Virus record (IMG/VR): IMGVR_UViG_3300045988_166360
Location: 3,753 to 67,752 of that record
Reading direction: 5' to 3' (one strand)
Length of the DNA: 64,000 nt
Origin: a virus
The notes beneath the pieces are model-generated. The model worked only from the letters and a program-made list of their open reading frames with translations. It was not told the DNA's origin and ran no database searches. Shown piece by piece: positions 47,195 through 55,297 of this stretch (positions are counted from its first letter, which is position 1; every line of letters begins with the position of its first letter). The position numbers were made by a program, and so were the translations under genes.

Positions 47195-47383
47195 ATGCGT
47201 AAACTTCTTCAGAATAGCTTCGGCTTATCCTGGGAAGAACTTGCGTGCATGACAGATTCCGAAGTCGAAGAAACCCTGGCTTCCCTGGGATACGTTCTTG
47301 TCAAAAACTTTTCGGCAGGAAATGATACCCTGTATGTAGTTCCCAAGAGTATGCTTGAAAACGTTTACGCTCTGACTCGATGA
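47195..47383 (+). CDS. Small hypothetical protein (62 aa)
   Basis: In-frame ATG within track ORF 47024..47383, 5 nt after previous stop. Confidence 0.3.
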   Translation: MRKLLQNSFGLSWEELACMTDSEVEETLASLGYVLVKNFSAGNDTLYVVPKSMLENVYALTR

Positions 47384-47474
47384 TTACAGATGCCCCCCCT
47401 CTGGTTTATATTCTTCTCACTCTAAGTTTTTGTATTTCTTATTACCTGTACTCTAAAAATCCTGACCTCTTTAC

Positions 47475-47954
47475 ATGAAAAATCAAAGCCAACTCATCAA
47501 ACACCCCGGACTCAAGTATCCCCGGAAGCCACGGAACAGCACACCCCCTGTACAGAAAATCCCACACGGATACCTTTCAACACAGGAAATCGCGGATGCC
47601 GTGGGAAGAACTCCTACATGTATTCTTACTACACTGGAACGCCGTAAAGTGCCTAAAGTACGTTTCGGAAGGGTTGTGTACTGGGACGGAGAACTTGCCC
47701 GAGAGTATATCAGGGAAGTCGATGCTGACGTGTATGACCATATGCCTAACGGATATATTGACATAGAAAGCGCGTTGGAACTTACCGGATTCAAAAGTGC
47801 CGCTTATTTATCCACCCTGTTCAAGAGAGGGAAAGTGCGCCGTATCCGGTACCGGGATGACATGGGAGCCGGAAGAAAGACGAGGTTCGCGTACAATGTT
47901 CTTGACCTGGAAACTCTTTTGAGTTTAAATTCTGACCCGGAGGACCATGACTAA
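47475..47954 (+). CDS. DNA-binding protein with two excisionase/MerR-type HTH motifs
   Basis: LSTQEIADAVGRTPTCILTTLERRKVPKVRFGRVVYW and IESALELTGFKSAAYLSTLFKRGKVRRIRY resemble AlpA/Xis HTH_17; N-terminus carries mini-element copy 47519-47555. Confidence 0.5.
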   Translation: MKNQSQLIKHPGLKYPRKPRNSTPPVQKIPHGYLSTQEIADAVGRTPTCILTTLERRKVPKVRFGRVVYWDGELAREYIREVDADVYDHMPNGYIDIESALELTGFKSAAYLSTLFKRGKVRRIRYRDDMGAGRKTRFAYNVLDLETLLSLNSDPEDHD

Positions 47955-48303
47955 GAGTATCTTCACTACCCAAAGAACGCTTCATCCGCGGATGGGGGCA
48001 CAGGAAAGGCTGTTAGGGATTTTAACAAACCTGGAACTGTTCGGTGTTGATTTTTCTTTGTCTTCTCTCAGGATTCTTTTGGCCCTTCACGGAAGCGGGG
48101 GTACCGCGAAACTAACGGCAAAACAGTTATCCCTTCAGCTAAGCCTGTCCACCTCGAACATTTCTTATCACCTCAACAAGCTTCTGGATTATGGCCATGT
48201 GGAGAAGGTAACGGACAGCGACCCCCAGCAATACCAGCTCACGGCACGGGGGAGGAACCTCTGCCGTGACATCTTCAAACCCCAAGAATACATCAACAAA
48301 TGA
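47947..48303 (+). CDS. Winged-helix (MarR/ArsR-like) transcriptional regulator
   Basis: LTAKQLSLQLSLSTSNISYHLNKLLDYGHVEKV recognition-helix/wing pattern. Confidence 0.5.
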   Translation: MTKSIFTTQRTLHPRMGAQERLLGILTNLELFGVDFSLSSLRILLALHGSGGTAKLTAKQLSLQLSLSTSNISYHLNKLLDYGHVEKVTDSDPQQYQLTARGRNLCRDIFKPQEYINK

Positions 48304-48722
48304 CTCAAGAAGAAATTGAAAAGGTAGCCGAACGGCTTTATGCTTTGACGGATTCCAGGATTCTATGGAATGACCTGGACGACGAAGGCCGGAAACCCTA
48401 CGTCAATCTGGCAGACAGCCTGGTGGACAAAAGACCCGAAATTTTGGCAGAACTGGTATCTAAGTATTGTGTCGATTTCGGAATGCCCAGCAAGTACAAG
48501 GCGGTTGTCGCTGGGATTATTTCCGGGATTCTTACTGCGGTCCTGGCCCTGACGGGCTTTTCCGTAACAGGCTGTTCTTCTGTCGAGGTGACAGAAGGCG
48601 AAGCCGTCCTGTGCAAAGACGGCTCCTGCCTGGTACTAACCCCTGGACATATCTCCTATTCCCAGGCCCAGCCGGAAACGGACGTGCCTCCGGTTGTCCA
48701 GGTAAAACCCAACAAGAAGTGA
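48300..48722 (+). CDS. Membrane-anchored protein (one TM then Cys, 140 aa)
   Basis: AVVAGIISGILTAVLALTGFSVTGCSS hydrophobic segment with lipobox-like TGC. Confidence 0.45.
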   Translation: MTQEEIEKVAERLYALTDSRILWNDLDDEGRKPYVNLADSLVDKRPEILAELVSKYCVDFGMPSKYKAVVAGIISGILTAVLALTGFSVTGCSSVEVTEGEAVLCKDGSCLVLTPGHISYSQAQPETDVPPVVQVKPNKK

Positions 48723-48723
48723 C

Positions 48724-49677
48724 ATGACCGACAACGAGGTTCAATATTCCGAGTTACCCTCTGCCCCGGACCTCTTTAATCATCCGGTACCCACGGTTCC
48801 CGTGGGTACCGAATTGTTTAATGACACGCCTCCGTTCGATTCTCTTCCTGACCCCATTGCCCCGGTTTATGGGGATAGTGACGTGGGAGTACAGGTTTCG
48901 CGTCCTTACAATGACGACCCGTTGTTTCGGAATTACCCGGAAAACATGTTCGCCATTGTTTATGACCCTGAGTCTATTAACGGCCCCAGTGTAAAATATG
49001 TGGCCGGAGTTATTATTGAGGGCAACAATGTTATCCAAATCGGAGGGACTCCGGGGTCTCTGCAAAACGTAATGAGCAACGAGCATGCTCCTTTGGATGA
49101 CAATATTACCTGGTATTTGAATGTACAGAGTGACAGGTCTGCTTCTACCGTCAGCAGTACAAAGGACCCGCTGGCAGACTTTTGGGTTCCTCTGGCCAAG
49201 ATAACCAAAGGATGCAACGGTTATATTCAACAGTTGCACCGGGGGGCTGTCTTTCTCTCTACGTCCGCTTATGGTTTTGAAGTTCAGTTGGAGTTCAATG
49301 AACAAGGGACCCGGACGGGGATTAAAGTGCGTCCCGGTATCGTCATGTTGAATGGAAAGTCCCTGGGGAAATTCCCTGAAACCTTACAGGATGAGCCCTG
49401 GTATTACTCTGCCTTTACTCAGGATGGTCCGGTATATTTAAGACTTACCCTAGACGACCATAGTATGGTAACGGGCTCCGCTATTGAATTTGAGTTAGCG
49501 ACCCCTAAAATATACAATCTAGTCATAGGTGCCGAGCAAAAAGAGGACCCTCCATTTACCTACTCTTTTTTATTAGCAGATATTAAAGAAAAACAAGTCA
49601 CTCAGTATCTGCTGGGTACGGTCCAGTTACCTGTAGGTGGTGGTACTTTCTTCCCATATGGTGCTATCGATGAATAA
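48724..49677 (+). CDS. Hypothetical (possibly virion/baseplate) protein (317 aa)
   Basis: ORF; beta-rich; no motif recognised. Confidence 0.45.
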   Translation: MTDNEVQYSELPSAPDLFNHPVPTVPVGTELFNDTPPFDSLPDPIAPVYGDSDVGVQVSRPYNDDPLFRNYPENMFAIVYDPESINGPSVKYVAGVIIEGNNVIQIGGTPGSLQNVMSNEHAPLDDNITWYLNVQSDRSASTVSSTKDPLADFWVPLAKITKGCNGYIQQLHRGAVFLSTSAYGFEVQLEFNEQGTRTGIKVRPGIVMLNGKSLGKFPETLQDEPWYYSAFTQDGPVYLRLTLDDHSMVTGSAIEFELATPKIYNLVIGAEQKEDPPFTYSFLLADIKEKQVTQYLLGTVQLPVGGGTFFPYGAIDE

Positions 49678-49734
49678 TAAATCCCCCATTGCTATGTCTG
49701 TCAGGGGGAGTTTATGAAAATATAAAACAACATC

Positions 49735-50472
49735 ATGGTTAGGGTTTATTTATTTACTTATGCAAAAGATGCAAACCCTGCGTTAGCCTGCGTTCGCTGT
49801 CTTCGAAATACGTTGCCTGAAGCTTGGATTACTGTTGTAGATGATGCTTCTGCTCCTTGTTCTTCCGATTTTATAAGACAATGTTTTCAGTTGGGGGTTT
49901 TTTCTTACATGCAAAGCACCTTTCCTCGAAATGGAAACTTGAAAGGGGATAGATGTATTAAAGGCATTCTGTCCACGTTGGTTCAAAATTCAAACGAAGA
50001 TGACGTTATCATAAAGATTGACTCTGATACTTTGTTACTGTCTCCTGCTCCTATAGAACGAATGCGGAACTTGGAGGCAGATGGCTTCGGAGCCAGTTCT
50101 TTATTCCGTCCTTTCGCGGGATTATGCTATGGCTTTACACAAAAAGCATTAAAACTTTTACATGAAAAAACATATCTATTACCGTCTTCCTCTACGATAG
50201 AAGAAGATTTATGGATTGGAAAATTGATTTTTTTACAAAAGTTAAATATGGCTATAGACAGGCCATGGACTCCCGTACATACTCAAGGACGGTGGACTGC
50301 CTATAACTGGCCATATTCTCCTGTCTTAGAACTATATCGCTCTTTGGACGTAGTAACGTTTGGAACTTTTGAAGGAATCCCCTCTGTAGATAAAAACCAT
50401 GTGGCAAACAAAATGAACGCTTTAATAGACTTGGTATATGGACCTGGCAATAATACCTGCAAAGCATCATAG
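49735..50472 (+). CDS. GT-A fold (family 2-like) glycosyltransferase
   Basis: VVDDASAP and IKIDSDTLL (DxD) motifs at spacing typical of GT2; low-GC island. Confidence 0.45.
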   Translation: MVRVYLFTYAKDANPALACVRCLRNTLPEAWITVVDDASAPCSSDFIRQCFQLGVFSYMQSTFPRNGNLKGDRCIKGILSTLVQNSNEDDVIIKIDSDTLLLSPAPIERMRNLEADGFGASSLFRPFAGLCYGFTQKALKLLHEKTYLLPSSSTIEEDLWIGKLIFLQKLNMAIDRPWTPVHTQGRWTAYNWPYSPVLELYRSLDVVTFGTFEGIPSVDKNHVANKMNALIDLVYGPGNNTCKAS

Positions 50473-51043
50473 TTCAGAAGTCCCTTATAAAAACTTTCGG
50501 GCTCTATGGAGGGAGCCTCTTTTTTTACATTCCGTGAGGTATGCAGTAAAAGAAGGTGTACCCTGTGTAGTTTCTACGGACAGCGAAATTATTAAAGGTT
50601 TATGTCGTCGAAATAATATCCCTTACCTCCATGAAGAAGTAGATGATTCTAATATCCTGAATTGTGTAACTCAAGTAGTTAAAAAAGAAAAAGTGGATAG
50701 GTGGATTCTTTTACAACCTACAAGCCCGATACGCCCCCCCTCTCTGCTTAAGAAGTTATTGAGTAAGAATAATGAAAATATTATGACGGTTCAAAAAATA
50801 TATCTCCATGGTAAACTGGGAAGCCGTTTTATACATAAAACTCGAAGGCAGGAATCCTCTGAAATCTTATATCAATTCAACGGAAGTATTTTAATAGGGA
50901 GTTATGACATGGTAATGAAGGAACAGACCCTATTCAAAAACCCTTTAATGGTAGAACAGAGGGGACTATATAACTATCAAATAGACTATCTTGAAGATTT
51001 TGAACACCTGGAAAGGTATGGAAATTTGCATTGTGGGGAATAA
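50438..51043 (+). CDS. CMP-nonulosonate/CMP-Kdo-type cytidylyltransferase (NeuA/KdsB family)
   Basis: AIIPAKHHSSEVPYKNF matches AIIPARxxSKxxPxKN; LLQPTSPIR matches LLQPTSPLR of acylneuraminate cytidylyltransferases. Confidence 0.6.
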   Translation: MDLAIIPAKHHSSEVPYKNFRALWREPLFLHSVRYAVKEGVPCVVSTDSEIIKGLCRRNNIPYLHEEVDDSNILNCVTQVVKKEKVDRWILLQPTSPIRPPSLLKKLLSKNNENIMTVQKIYLHGKLGSRFIHKTRRQESSEILYQFNGSILIGSYDMVMKEQTLFKNPLMVEQRGLYNYQIDYLEDFEHLERYGNLHCGE

Positions 51044-51533
51044 AAAGCCCAGTCAGGATTTTACCCAGGAAATAAATTCCGCAGACCAGGTTGTTCGAGT
51101 CAGTAAAATGGATTATCTAGATACTAGGTTGATAGGTTCTCGAACTGATGAACTGTATCTGGAACCAAACATGGTGTGGCATTCTTATTCGCCAGAGGTT
51201 AGAAAATTATCTCTACTGCCCCGCATACCTTTAATTCATATTAGAGAATCCTGGTGGAACCGGGTAGGAGAACACCTGCTTAAACAAAAGTGGATTAACA
51301 AAGGCCAAGTTAGAATAATTCCTAAAAGCAGGGAATTGGTTATGCCGGGATGCACTACATTGGCAATAGCTGTATATGATATTTCATTAAGATTCCCCGA
51401 AGCCAAATTACTTTTAACTGGGGCAGACATAGGGGAAGAAAGAAGAAAAATATTTTGGATTCATGTTTCCGGTGGAGAGGTGGAATTTTTGAATAGACTT
51501 ATTTCAGAAGGAAGACTGAGGGTGTTGGGATAA
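50991..51533 (+). CDS. CstII/Maf-like (GT42 / DUF115-like) putative nonulosonate transferase
   Basis: ICIVGNKKP (cf AGNGPSL) and TTLAIAVYDISLRFPEAKLLLTGADI (cf TSGVYMCAVAIALGYKEIYLSGIDF), later WIHVSG (cf YIGHSK His base). Similarity by eye only. Confidence 0.35.
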   Translation: MKILNTWKGMEICIVGNKKPSQDFTQEINSADQVVRVSKMDYLDTRLIGSRTDELYLEPNMVWHSYSPEVRKLSLLPRIPLIHIRESWWNRVGEHLLKQKWINKGQVRIIPKSRELVMPGCTTLAIAVYDISLRFPEAKLLLTGADIGEERRKIFWIHVSGGEVEFLNRLISEGRLRVLG

Positions 51534-51613
51534 TGATTGCGGGAATATACAGAAAATGTATATTCCCGCAATCGTTTTATGAGAATGACACGGAAAACGC
51601 TTGATGGATTTTT

Positions 51614-52336
51614 ATGGCCAGTAATAATAACCCCATGTCCGAAACACAACCTAACCATGAGTTTGATGATTTTGTTTTCATCATTTTTGCGTACAACTCT
51701 ACCCTGGACTGGCCGGAGCGTGAGCCTCTGCTTGTTCACTATTCTGTCAATTATCTGCTCAACCACGGAATCCCCGGAACCCGTATTACCGTTCTGGCCA
51801 ATGACCTGTCGGTATGTTCCTGGGCAAACCAGCAGGGAATGAAGTTTATCCAGCTTAAAGCCACAAACCGTAAAACGATTACGGAAGCTATATCCTCCAT
51901 AATGGGGGAGAATCCGTGGAAGAATATCATATGTCTCAACACCGTATTTCCTGTGCGTGAAGCGGACCTCCTGTCTTTGATGTGCAGTCAAATCAGGACG
52001 GAAAAACAACGGCTCTTTCTCACTGCTCACATGGGAGCCCACCACCAGAAGGAAGATAACACAGTAACTTGGGATACTGTATTGAACGGAAGTATCTTGG
52101 GCTTTCGTCACGACTCTGATATTAAATCCATCTTCCATCCCGATACATTGTATCCTGTGCATCACAATGCTGAATGCGGGAATTATAACATCTGCTACAG
52201 ATACCAGTATATGAAGGAACCCCTGGAATCCGCGGTTGCCGTGGGTTACAAAATGTCCGCATGGACTGCGCCCTGCCCATCAGAATATCCCCGCAGGGTG
52301 GAAATAAAGCTGGACAAGGACACAGCTACCCACTAA
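51614..52336 (+). CDS. Second nucleotidyltransferase-like protein (240 aa)
   Basis: NIICLNTVFPVREADLL resembles ILLQPTSPIRPPSLL of the upstream cytidylyltransferase; contains partial mini-element 51765-51785. Confidence 0.4.
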   Translation: MASNNNPMSETQPNHEFDDFVFIIFAYNSTLDWPEREPLLVHYSVNYLLNHGIPGTRITVLANDLSVCSWANQQGMKFIQLKATNRKTITEAISSIMGENPWKNIICLNTVFPVREADLLSLMCSQIRTEKQRLFLTAHMGAHHQKEDNTVTWDTVLNGSILGFRHDSDIKSIFHPDTLYPVHHNAECGNYNICYRYQYMKEPLESAVAVGYKMSAWTAPCPSEYPRRVEIKLDKDTATH

Positions 52337-52346
52337 CCTGACTCGC

Positions 52347-52802
52347 ATGAACAACTCCAACTTATATTTTGATGGGACTCTGGGAAGGTTCATCAGGAAA
52401 GAAATCTATGACCAGGTTAGCGTAGACAGCAACCTGATTGCCCTGCAGGGTCTGGCCTGCGGAGAATTGACCGTAGGGGCAGGATTCAATAATCGCCTGA
52501 AGCTGTACATTTCCCATGCCTCCGGCCTGGATTTAAGCACGTCCCAAAGTGTTTCCTTTGATATGGTGACAAAGGTGGCTCCTTATAACCAGGGCAACTT
52601 GCCCATATATACGGTAGTCGATACGACTGGCGCGTACATATCTAAACCCGCAGGGACTTCCGACGTATGCCTTTTCTCTACAAACATTATTGAGTTTGAC
52701 CCGGAGAAATATCCAAGAGGCACCTATTGGATGGAAATTTCTCTCAACTGTACAGGGAGAGTATGGTGCAACACTTTTCCCATTCTTTTTCACATCATTT
52801 AA
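52347..52802 (+). CDS. Hypothetical protein (151 aa)
   Basis: ORF only. Confidence 0.4.
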   Translation: MNNSNLYFDGTLGRFIRKEIYDQVSVDSNLIALQGLACGELTVGAGFNNRLKLYISHASGLDLSTSQSVSFDMVTKVAPYNQGNLPIYTVVDTTGAYISKPAGTSDVCLFSTNIIEFDPEKYPRGTYWMEISLNCTGRVWCNTFPILFHII

Positions 52803-52807
52803 CCAAC

Positions 52808-53188
52808 ATGAAATTAGACCTCAACAGAATACTGAAACTTTATCCGCTCCTTAAAATCCTCCACTACCAGACAAAGGAAGGCTTTCATCATGAAAAATAT
52901 GATGAAGCATTCGATGACCTGGGGGAACTTGCGGACAAATTTATTGAAACCTACATGGGGCTGAATGGACGGGACTGGATTGCAGGTTCCCTCCCCATGC
53001 CCAAACTTGTAGAACCCAACACCCGGAACTGCGTTGCAAGATACCGCATGGACATCATTGACGACCTTATCCCCTATCTCTACCAGATGGCTCGAGGACA
53101 TAAGGCCCTGAACAAATTGGCAGAAGATTTTGACGAAGCCGCCCACGGAATCCTTGGTCTCCTGGAAAACTTCAGCAATGGCCAATAA
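52808..53188 (+). CDS. Hypothetical protein (126 aa; internal ATG of track ORF 52727..53188)
   Basis: ATG 6 nt after previous stop. Confidence 0.35.
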   Translation: MKLDLNRILKLYPLLKILHYQTKEGFHHEKYDEAFDDLGELADKFIETYMGLNGRDWIAGSLPMPKLVEPNTRNCVARYRMDIIDDLIPYLYQMARGHKALNKLAEDFDEAAHGILGLLENFSNGQ

Positions 53189-53193
53189 AGGTT

Positions 53194-53685
53194 ATGCCCT
53201 GTGTGTATAATAAAGCAGAGTTTTACATGGCCAATGACGGCCCGGAAAGCAACTCTGAAATCATATCCCAGGTTCTGCCACGCATGGACGGGATACTTTC
53301 CCGAGCCCGCTCCATGACTTGGGGCATGATTAGCTATTCCCTGTCCAGGACAAATAATCCTTTCGGCATTGCGCTCGAACATATGCGGGTAGGCTTCGCC
53401 GCACGAACCGTATCCCTGCCGGATGTTACGGGTGTGTGTGATGTGTCCCATTGGATAATTATGGAAACGGTCCCCCTTTCTTTCGAGGACTTCCGTTGTA
53501 TTTTCAGGATTCTGGAACCCACGGTATCCCCGGATGAACTGCACGATTATCTCCTGCATAATCAATGGTACACTCCTTCCAAAGAAATCCAACTGGACAA
53601 CGACATGATTACCCTGTTCCACTGGGAACTGGGCTACCCTGAAAACGAACGAATCAACCCACTGAAAAATGACACAGAACAATAA
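53194..53685 (+). CDS. Hypothetical protein (163 aa)
   Basis: ORF only. Confidence 0.4.
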   Translation: MPCVYNKAEFYMANDGPESNSEIISQVLPRMDGILSRARSMTWGMISYSLSRTNNPFGIALEHMRVGFAARTVSLPDVTGVCDVSHWIIMETVPLSFEDFRCIFRILEPTVSPDELHDYLLHNQWYTPSKEIQLDNDMITLFHWELGYPENERINPLKNDTEQ

Positions 53686-54409
53686 AATCAAAAAGATTCA
53701 ACAGCTGGTAGGCGTAACTGCTGACGGCATTATAGGCCCTAAAACCATTGACGCAATTCTTAAGCGGTTGACTTCGGATTCCATGGGTACCGGGGAATCC
53801 GTGGATGCTTATGAAATCCGTAACCGGATGGCCGCTAAAATCCTGAACATGGAAGACTATAAAATTACGGGGCCAGAATCCCTGCGGGTTACGCGCCTCC
53901 CCTCCGGTGATGGAGGCGGCACCCGGGAAATCGCAGGTATCTGCGACGGGATTGAACCGGAAGTGTTTAACCGGATTAAATCTCTGCTGGACAAGGGACT
54001 GCGGGAAGAAGCATGGGAGGACTGCCTCAGCTATGTACTTGAGAATACGGCCACCATTGCAAGCTATTTTCCGAATTATGGTTTTGGCTACGAATTCATG
54101 GTGCGCGACCTGGCCTTTAACATGGGCAATGCCGGAGCTATCAAAGTTATCCAGGGCATGGCCAACCGTGAGGGCACTGACGAGATTGCAGTGGATGGGA
54201 AGTGGGGCATTAAAACGCAGACAGCTTTGCTGGGGCTGACCTCAACCCTGCCCGAAGACTACGTGGTTAATGCTCTGGACAAAGCGGCCCGAACCCGTTA
54301 CCAAAGTATTGTGGATGCCAATCCCGTCAAGGAAAAATTCCTCAAGGGGTGGCTCAACAGATGCGACGACCGCCTGGCTTTTGCTAATACTCTTGTGTCA
54401 AGCAAATAA
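53669..54409 (+). CDS. Putative endolysin / peptidoglycan-binding protein
   Basis: Two PG-binding-like repeats (VTADGIIGPKTIDAI; VDGKWGIKTQTALL); catalytic domain not identified. Confidence 0.4.
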   Translation: MTQNNKIKKIQQLVGVTADGIIGPKTIDAILKRLTSDSMGTGESVDAYEIRNRMAAKILNMEDYKITGPESLRVTRLPSGDGGGTREIAGICDGIEPEVFNRIKSLLDKGLREEAWEDCLSYVLENTATIASYFPNYGFGYEFMVRDLAFNMGNAGAIKVIQGMANREGTDEIAVDGKWGIKTQTALLGLTSTLPEDYVVNALDKAARTRYQSIVDANPVKEKFLKGWLNRCDDRLAFANTLVSSK

Positions 54410-54439
54410 TTCTTTACACAGAGAAACGCGTTTAGTATC

Positions 54440-54475
54440 ATGGCGGCGGGGTTAATCCTGCCGCCATGTTTTTAT
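54440..54475 (+). terminator. Hairpin ATGGCGGC..GCCGCCAT + GTTTTTATTTG
   Basis: Perfect 8-bp stem, T-rich tail; next ORF ATG lies in 3' arm. Confidence 0.45.
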
Positions 54476-54840
54476 TTGCTTTACTAGGCGTGGATGTTGG
54501 TGTCTGGACAATGTTCCTGACCCGCATTGTGGAGGAAATGAGCCCCGCGTACCTGGTGTTCGTGGGGCTCATTTTCGTGGCGGTTAAACTGGGGTACAAA
54601 TATCTTAGCAAAAAAATTGATTTTACCTTGGACAAGGAAAAGTCATTTTTGGTCTTGCTTCAAGAGGCTCTACATGTTATCTCCGAACTGGATGAAACTC
54701 TCGACCAACTGCATGGGAAAGTTGATGCTCTCCGAAGCGACCATGAAGAGCTACTGGAACTACTCAGACAACAAAACATAACCAATGAAATTCCTGTCAA
54801 AACTATTTCAAAACCTCGAAAACCAAAAAACAGTCTGTGA
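54466..54840 (+). CDS. Holin-like membrane protein (two TM helices + charged coiled-coil tail)
   Basis: MFLFALLGVDVGVWTMFL and AYLVFVGLIFVAVKLG hydrophobic segments; adjacent to lysin candidate. Confidence 0.4.
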   Translation: MFLFALLGVDVGVWTMFLTRIVEEMSPAYLVFVGLIFVAVKLGYKYLSKKIDFTLDKEKSFLVLLQEALHVISELDETLDQLHGKVDALRSDHEELLELLRQQNITNEIPVKTISKPRKPKNSL

Positions 54841-55297
54841 TAAACTGGCCACAGACCTGAACTGCTTAAGCAAAGAGTTGAGTCAATGCAGAAAACGCAT
54901 TGCTGAAAGAAACCGATTCTATGCTACGCTTCCCATTGGGTGTGAAGAGGAAATGAAACTGCCCAGGAACCAGTGGGCATACTTCCTAAAAGGGAAAGTG
55001 GGGATTAAATACGTAGGGGAAAACCTTACCAGTTCCGTTACCTATGTCAAAACAAGGGAGGAAGTTAAAATCCCCAGGATTATTGACAGTGAACGGTCCC
55101 ACAAACTCTATGTTATTTCTGGATATGTTATTGACAGGACTACAAATCTGACATATTCTGAAGGCGAATCAATTTCTTTTTTGAGGGGAGAACCCATGTC
55201 CCTGACCATTTACGGTTATGTCAGGATGACCTGGACTCCCCCGCTTCCCGGCTCAACACTTCCGTTCTTCCATTCGAATCATGCCTCTAATTCCTAA
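54785..55297 (+). CDS. Coiled-coil hypothetical protein (170 aa)
   Basis: ORF overlapping previous by 56 nt; possible spanin or assembly factor. Confidence 0.3.
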   Translation: MKFLSKLFQNLENQKTVCDKLATDLNCLSKELSQCRKRIAERNRFYATLPIGCEEEMKLPRNQWAYFLKGKVGIKYVGENLTSSVTYVKTREEVKIPRIIDSERSHKLYVISGYVIDRTTNLTYSEGESISFLRGEPMSLTIYGYVRMTWTPPLPGSTLPFFHSNHASNS

